DNA of 64,000 nucleotides from an uncultured Synergistaceae bacterium. GTDB lineage: Bacteria; Synergistota; Synergistia; Synergistales; Synergistaceae. This document shows positions 60,234 to 64,000 of this stretch, piece after piece. The notes below the pieces were generated by a model. That model saw nothing but the letters and a program-made list of their open reading frames with translations. It made no database searches and was not told the DNA's origin. The position numbers and the translations under genes were made by a program. The stretch spans positions 9,261-73,260 of the forward strand of contig CAZBYL010000003.1 in assembly GCA_964496275.1 (NCBI GenBank). The letters are read 5' to 3'. Position 1 is the stretch's first letter; the number at the start of each line of letters is the position of its first letter.

Positions 60234-60262
60234 GATTATAACTGTTATTGCGGAAAGTTACA
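60234..60262 (-). promoter_or_regulatory. candidate sigma-70 promoter of hppA
   Basis: On the minus strand, TTGTAA (60262-60257), a 17-nt spacer, then TATAAT (60239-60234), about 60 nt upstream of the hppA ATG. Confidence 0.45.
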
Positions 60263-60405
60263 ACCTCGGGCGCAATAATCTTTACACACAATTTACAATG
60301 TGCATAAAAATTAAAGCAACACACCAACTAACGGTAAAAAACAGCATATCAAAAAATAATTAAACAGAGAAAAACTAAAAAATCAACCCCTTCCGTATAG
60401 GCACA

Positions 60406-61059
60406 CTATTTCTTCCTCACATCGTCAAGATATATTCGAATCGGAGCGTCAGGATTATCTCCTCCCTTGAGAGATGCGAGCATACCCAGTACGCTTCCGC
60501 GTACAAAATCCGCGATAAAATCTTTCATAGGCAAAGGACGATCTCCTATATAGATTCTGGAGCTCCTATATGCCGAGCCACGAACCAAAGAAAGAAGCCT
60601 CGTCGCCATAAGGCGTTCTTCACCTGCGACAAAAAATCGCTTATTGTCACCCTTAGGAGAGTATCGGTCATAAACCATAAATATCCCAGGGTAGTCCGGC
60701 ACGGCATCCCCTTTGGAAAGCACCCATATTTTGGGTAAAGAAAGACTCTTTCCTCCCTCTAAGATCAGGAGCTCCGCATCGGGGAAATATCTTGCGGCAA
60801 TTGACGACGGCGTTGCGGTTACTGCTTTGGATTCCATCCTAAGACCATCCGCACCCCACAACAAAGTTTCAACACCGCACTCGGCAGCAGCACCGGTATC
60901 TGTATTCGGTGGAGAAAGAGCAATAGATTCATCACTGCGTTTTATATAACCTGTCCGCACGCCTAAGGTCAACAATTCCGTAAGCAAAGCACGACATAAA
61001 GTGCTCTTTCCGCTGTTTTTATATCCGGAAACTGAGACAATGCGAATCACAGGGAACAC
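60406..61059 (-). CDS. MobB-like P-loop NTPase with an uncharacterised ~80-aa C-terminal extension
   Basis: IRIVSVSGYKNSGKSTLCRALLTELLTLGVRTGYIKRS... and ...LLILEGGKSLSLPKIWV resemble MobB. The C-terminal RIYIGDRPLPMKDFIADFVRGSVLGMLASLKGG is not recognised. The start could be GTG 61059 or GTG 61050. Confidence 0.55.
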   Translation of the reverse strand: MFPVIRIVSVSGYKNSGKSTLCRALLTELLTLGVRTGYIKRSDESIALSPPNTDTGAAAECGVETLLWGADGLRMESKAVTATPSSIAARYFPDAELLILEGGKSLSLPKIWVLSKGDAVPDYPGIFMVYDRYSPKGDNKRFFVAGEERLMATRLLSLVRGSAYRSSRIYIGDRPLPMKDFIADFVRGSVLGMLASLKGGDNPDAPIRIYLDDVRKK

Positions 61060-61130
61060 TCCTTATTCGTAATATTACAACAGTACTACAATTGTATCAT
61101 AGCAAATGAAACCGCTACAAGAACCGCTGA

Positions 61131-62294
61131 CTACTCAAAACGTCCTTTATCAACAGCCATATTGTCTGTCATTATAGCCCTATACAAATCCAACATAAAA
61201 ATACCTAAAGACAAAATAAGAGGACCTATAAACAATCCTAAGAACCCCCAGTTAAACAAACCTCCAAATATCCCTATGAAAATAATCAGCATGTGTATCT
61301 TACTCTCTTCTGAGATAAATATTGGGCGTATGAAATTGTCAACCATACTCACTACTCCGAATCCCCAAGCAAGAAGCATAAACCCCGAAACGATCTCACC
61401 ATTCGCAAAAAGAGCAATAGATCCTGGAATCCAAATAACGGGAGTTCCAACAAACGGTATCATTCCGGTTATAAACATTAGAAACCCAAAAAACAAGGGG
61501 TGCGATAAACCTACATACCACCACCCAATTCCTCCGAGCGTTCCTTGTATGCTGGCTGTGAAAACAATACCGTAGACTACAGCCCTCAACATTTTAGTAG
61601 AGCGAGCGATTATAGTATCACGGGAATCCTCAGTCAGCGGGATTATGTCTCGGACGTATCTCAGTATCAAATGCCCATCTCGAACCAGAAAAAAAGATGA
61701 TATAGTAACTATTGCAAGCAAATAAAATATCTTAAACGCATTACCCAATATTTCTCTGGAAAGTATTTTAAGAAATGTAGTTACCCAGTTAAGACTGCTG
61801 TTAAACATGACTTCCAACATTGGCATGCCGCTCATCGAGTTAAAGTTATATATTATAGAACCAATGTACGGTATCGTCCGAAGTTTGGCCATAATCTCAG
61901 CATAGGAATCGCCCAATATGCCGCTTTCCGCAACAGCTCCATATATCCGGAAAGATTCCTTAGCCAGAAAAAGCCCCATTATCAGCATGGGAATCGCCAT
62001 AAAAACCAATATAGCCGCTGTGGTAAAGCCGGCTGCTATATTAGCATGTTTATTGTGTAAAAGCTTCTCATGCAGATACTTATACAGAGGGTAAGCGAAG
62101 TAAGAAAGGACAGCAGACCAAAGCAATGGTCCGCCAAGAGGCTTAACTATTAACCACGCTAAAAAAATAAAAAGAACAAAAAGGGCGGCAAATGGGACAA
62201 TACTTTCTTTAATTTTCCTAGACATTTTACAATAACGGTCATCTACCATTGCACTTCCCCCTAATGCTGCTTCTTTCCAGATAAATTTGCTCAA
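61131..62294 (-). CDS. AI-2E family transporter (PerM/YhhT-like permease)
   Basis: About 370 aa, 8 predicted TM segments, conserved central/C-terminal layout (...MIPFVGTPVIWIPGSI...). The likely start is ATG 62249 (GGGGGA RBS) rather than the track start at 62294. Confidence 0.75.
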   Translation of the reverse strand: MSKFIWKEAALGGSAMVDDRYCKMSRKIKESIVPFAALFVLFIFLAWLIVKPLGGPLLWSAVLSYFAYPLYKYLHEKLLHNKHANIAAGFTTAAILVFMAIPMLIMGLFLAKESFRIYGAVAESGILGDSYAEIMAKLRTIPYIGSIIYNFNSMSGMPMLEVMFNSSLNWVTTFLKILSREILGNAFKIFYLLAIVTISSFFLVRDGHLILRYVRDIIPLTEDSRDTIIARSTKMLRAVVYGIVFTASIQGTLGGIGWWYVGLSHPLFFGFLMFITGMIPFVGTPVIWIPGSIALFANGEIVSGFMLLAWGFGVVSMVDNFIRPIFISEESKIHMLIIFIGIFGGLFNWGFLGLFIGPLILSLGIFMLDLYRAIMTDNMAVDKGRFE

Positions 62295-62310
62295 AACAAA
62301 AGAGCAAAGA

Positions 62311-62967
62311 TCAATGTTGTTTCTTTATTGCAAGATATGCAGCCAAACCAGCTCCTATTCCGTTATCGATATTCACGACAACAAGCCCTGGGCTGCAAGA
62401 ACATAACATAGAACGCAGTGCCGTTGTTCCTTTCTCCGCAATACCGTACCCAACAGAGGTGGGAAGACCTATTACAAGCGACGGAACAAGTCCGGCAACA
62501 ACACTAGGCAAAGCACCGTCCATACCGGCAGCAACGACAACTACATCTGCACTGACAACCTGTGGAAGCACCTCCATTAGCCGATGTATTCCAGCAACCC
62601 CGACATCATAAAAACGCCTCACAGTACAGCCGGAAAACTCGGCTATACCAGCTGCTTCTTCAGCAACCGGAACATCCGTGCTTCCTGCTGTAAGCACCGC
62701 AACTACCCCGATACGTGCCGCCTTGTCATAAAACTCGGTGCAGCCTAAACGAGAAACTTTATTATACTCAAACTCTTCTATTATCGACGATACTATAACA
62801 CTTTGGTCAAAATTCATACGGCTAAATGCTGTATCAACTCGACTATCCTTTATTTCAGTAGCGATCACACGCAACTGTTCATCCGACTTTCCCTGACAAA
62901 AAATAACCTCAGGAAACCCCTTACGATCCTTACGAGACAAATCTAAACGAACTTCAACATCACCCAT
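62311..62967 (-). CDS. larB: nickel-pincer cofactor biosynthesis protein LarB (PurE/AIR-carboxylase-like)
   Basis: ...RKGFPEVIFCQGKS..., ...VAVLTAGSTDVPVAEEAA..., ...VVVAAGMDGALPSVVAGL..PVIGLPTSVGYG... matches the LarB family layout. ATG 62967 is 9 nt after GGGGAG. Confidence 0.8.
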   Translation of the reverse strand: MGDVEVRLDLSRKDRKGFPEVIFCQGKSDEQLRVIATEIKDSRVDTAFSRMNFDQSVIVSSIIEEFEYNKVSRLGCTEFYDKAARIGVVAVLTAGSTDVPVAEEAAGIAEFSGCTVRRFYDVGVAGIHRLMEVLPQVVSADVVVVAAGMDGALPSVVAGLVPSLVIGLPTSVGYGIAEKGTTALRSMLCSCSPGLVVVNIDNGIGAGLAAYLAIKKQH

Positions 62968-63280
62968 GAAACCAGCTCCCCAAGTTAACGTAATGCTTAT
63001 TATACACAAAAACAGAATTATTTATAAAATTTTCGGACAAGTGGGTTTTGTTTTGTTGGGAGGGCGTATCGTTCTTACTCTGCTAATTTTTAGTGGGTGC
63101 GTTCGAGCCCAAATAGTTTGCCATAGTAGCTAAGCCATTTCTGCAAGGCGTTTCTGTTGTGTTATTCAGGTCAGGTATCAAGCTCACACACATACACTAC
63201 ACACAGCACCAGATGTCAAATATAAACAACATCAAGCACGTTTGCAAGGAATCGACCATCATACGTTTATTTGTTCTATC

Positions 63281-64000
63281 TTATTTTCTTATTTTCTTAT
63301 TTTTTCCACCTATGTAAAACATTCCCCATGCAGGAAGCAAGAAAATAATGGTGGCCACACCCCACATACCCTGATTACAACCGCGATCCTGATATTTTTC
63401 AGGCAATGGTTCAGACGCGCTGCAGTAAATTACGGCTGGGTCAAGGACAGAACCAATTGACTGGTCGTGGTCATATATCCCATTGTCTAAAACGGAAATT
63501 ATAACCTCATATTTATCAGATGATAAAAGGCATGTCTCACCGCTGCAAACATCGCTTACATACTCGCCGTCCGACATGAGTGAGGTACGTTTCAGTAACC
63601 ACCTACCATCAGACAAATCCGACATAGAAGCAACTCTTGTGAGCTCTACGTAACGTCCGTTTTTTGTTAGCTTTGCCAATTTAAGATCTCCGACTAACCG
63701 TGCCGACAACGGCAGATCGCCGCTTTCCAGTAGCGTAGACAGTATGTAGAGACCACCAACTCCGCCGTTTACACTCAGGAGCTCAAGAGGCCTCATGTCG
63801 CTGGATTTAATCTTTATTTCCTCATCAAAGGAAGTCTGCGATATAGACGATATATATTTGCCATTTTTATTTCGGCAGACATAATCGTTTAATTTTGCAT
63901 TATTTATTTTTTCTTCCTCACTCACTTCGACAATCCCTCCGTAGAGCAATTCGGAGGGATACTCCAAACCATTTATTGTCGGAGACTTATAAATTACATC
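63281..64000 (-). CDS. C-terminal part of a larger secreted/surface protein ending in a tripartite sorting-signal-like tail; N-terminus lies beyond the window end
   Basis: The frame stays open upstream of the track start to position 64000 (…DVIYKSPTINGLEYPSE…). The C-terminus is …RGCNQG-MWGVATIIFLLPAWGMFYIGG-KNKKIRK*. Confidence 0.6.
   Translation of the reverse strand, partial: DVIYKSPTINGLEYPSELLYGGIVEVSEEEKINNAKLNDYVCRNKNGKYISSISQTSFDEEIKIKSSDMRPLELLSVNGGVGGLYILSTLLESGDLPLSARLVGDLKLAKLTKNGRYVELTRVASMSDLSDGRWLLKRTSLMSDGEYVSDVCSGETCLLSSDKYEVIISVLDNGIYDHDQSIGSVLDPAVIYCSASEPLPEKYQDRGCNQGMWGVATIIFLLPAWGMFYIGGKNKKIRK

Noticed and set aside
63095-63110. GGGTGCGTTCGAGCCC, which resembles a tRNA T-arm (GTTCGA loop)
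   Set aside because: The flanks cannot be folded into acceptor, D or anticodon arms on either strand. It is only a 3-bp GGG/CCC hairpin and not a tRNA or recognisable tRNA fragment.

Overview
This 64-kb window is densely packed bacterial chromosome. I call 61 protein-coding genes plus one tRNA-Pro(CGG), and all of them are on the minus strand. No plus-strand ORF in the track looks real; they are antisense shadows. I saw no CRISPR array, transposase, integrase, prophage or recognisable defence or toxin module.

Gene content in transcription order (high to low coordinate):
- the 3' part of a surface protein with a tripartite C-terminal sorting-like tail
- a larB / AI-2E permease / MobB-like P-loop trio
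- hppA, dnaG-rpoD, an S4-domain protein, rex
- yajC-secD-secF, a LapA-domain protein, recJ, relA/spoT, dtd, an MBL hydrolase, radC
- the rod-shape/division block mreB(frameshifted)-mreC-mreD-mrdA-minCDE-rodA
- a radical-SAM TIGR03960/TIGR03936 pair with rng, then smc
- a run of RNA-modification and translation genes (trmN6-like, rsmI, metG, tatD, tgt, tsaC) and tRNA-Pro
- an rrf2-cooS-cooF-FAD/NAD oxidoreductase CO-oxidation module
- a complete type IV pilus locus (pilC, pilA, pilMNO, a PilP-like gene, pilQ, pilB, pilT, three atypical pseudopilins)
- efp, an acidic zinc-ribbon protein, asp23, nusB, xseA
- an mtnA-ahcY-mtaD SAM-recycling cluster

A diderm secretin combined with Firmicute-like gene order, a Thermus-like Arg-type EF-P and the C-terminal sorting tail suggest a Synergistota-like organism. 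This is inference only.

I found no clear-cut novel system. The most checkable oddities are:
- a homopolymer frameshift in mreB
- a roughly 385-bp AT-rich gene-free spacer full of palindromes upstream of rrf2-cooS
- tandem MshEN c-di-GMP motifs in PilB
- the larB-permease-MobB-like operon
- the radical-SAM/DUF2344/RNase G neighbourhood, whose function is unknown
- the sorting-signal-like tail
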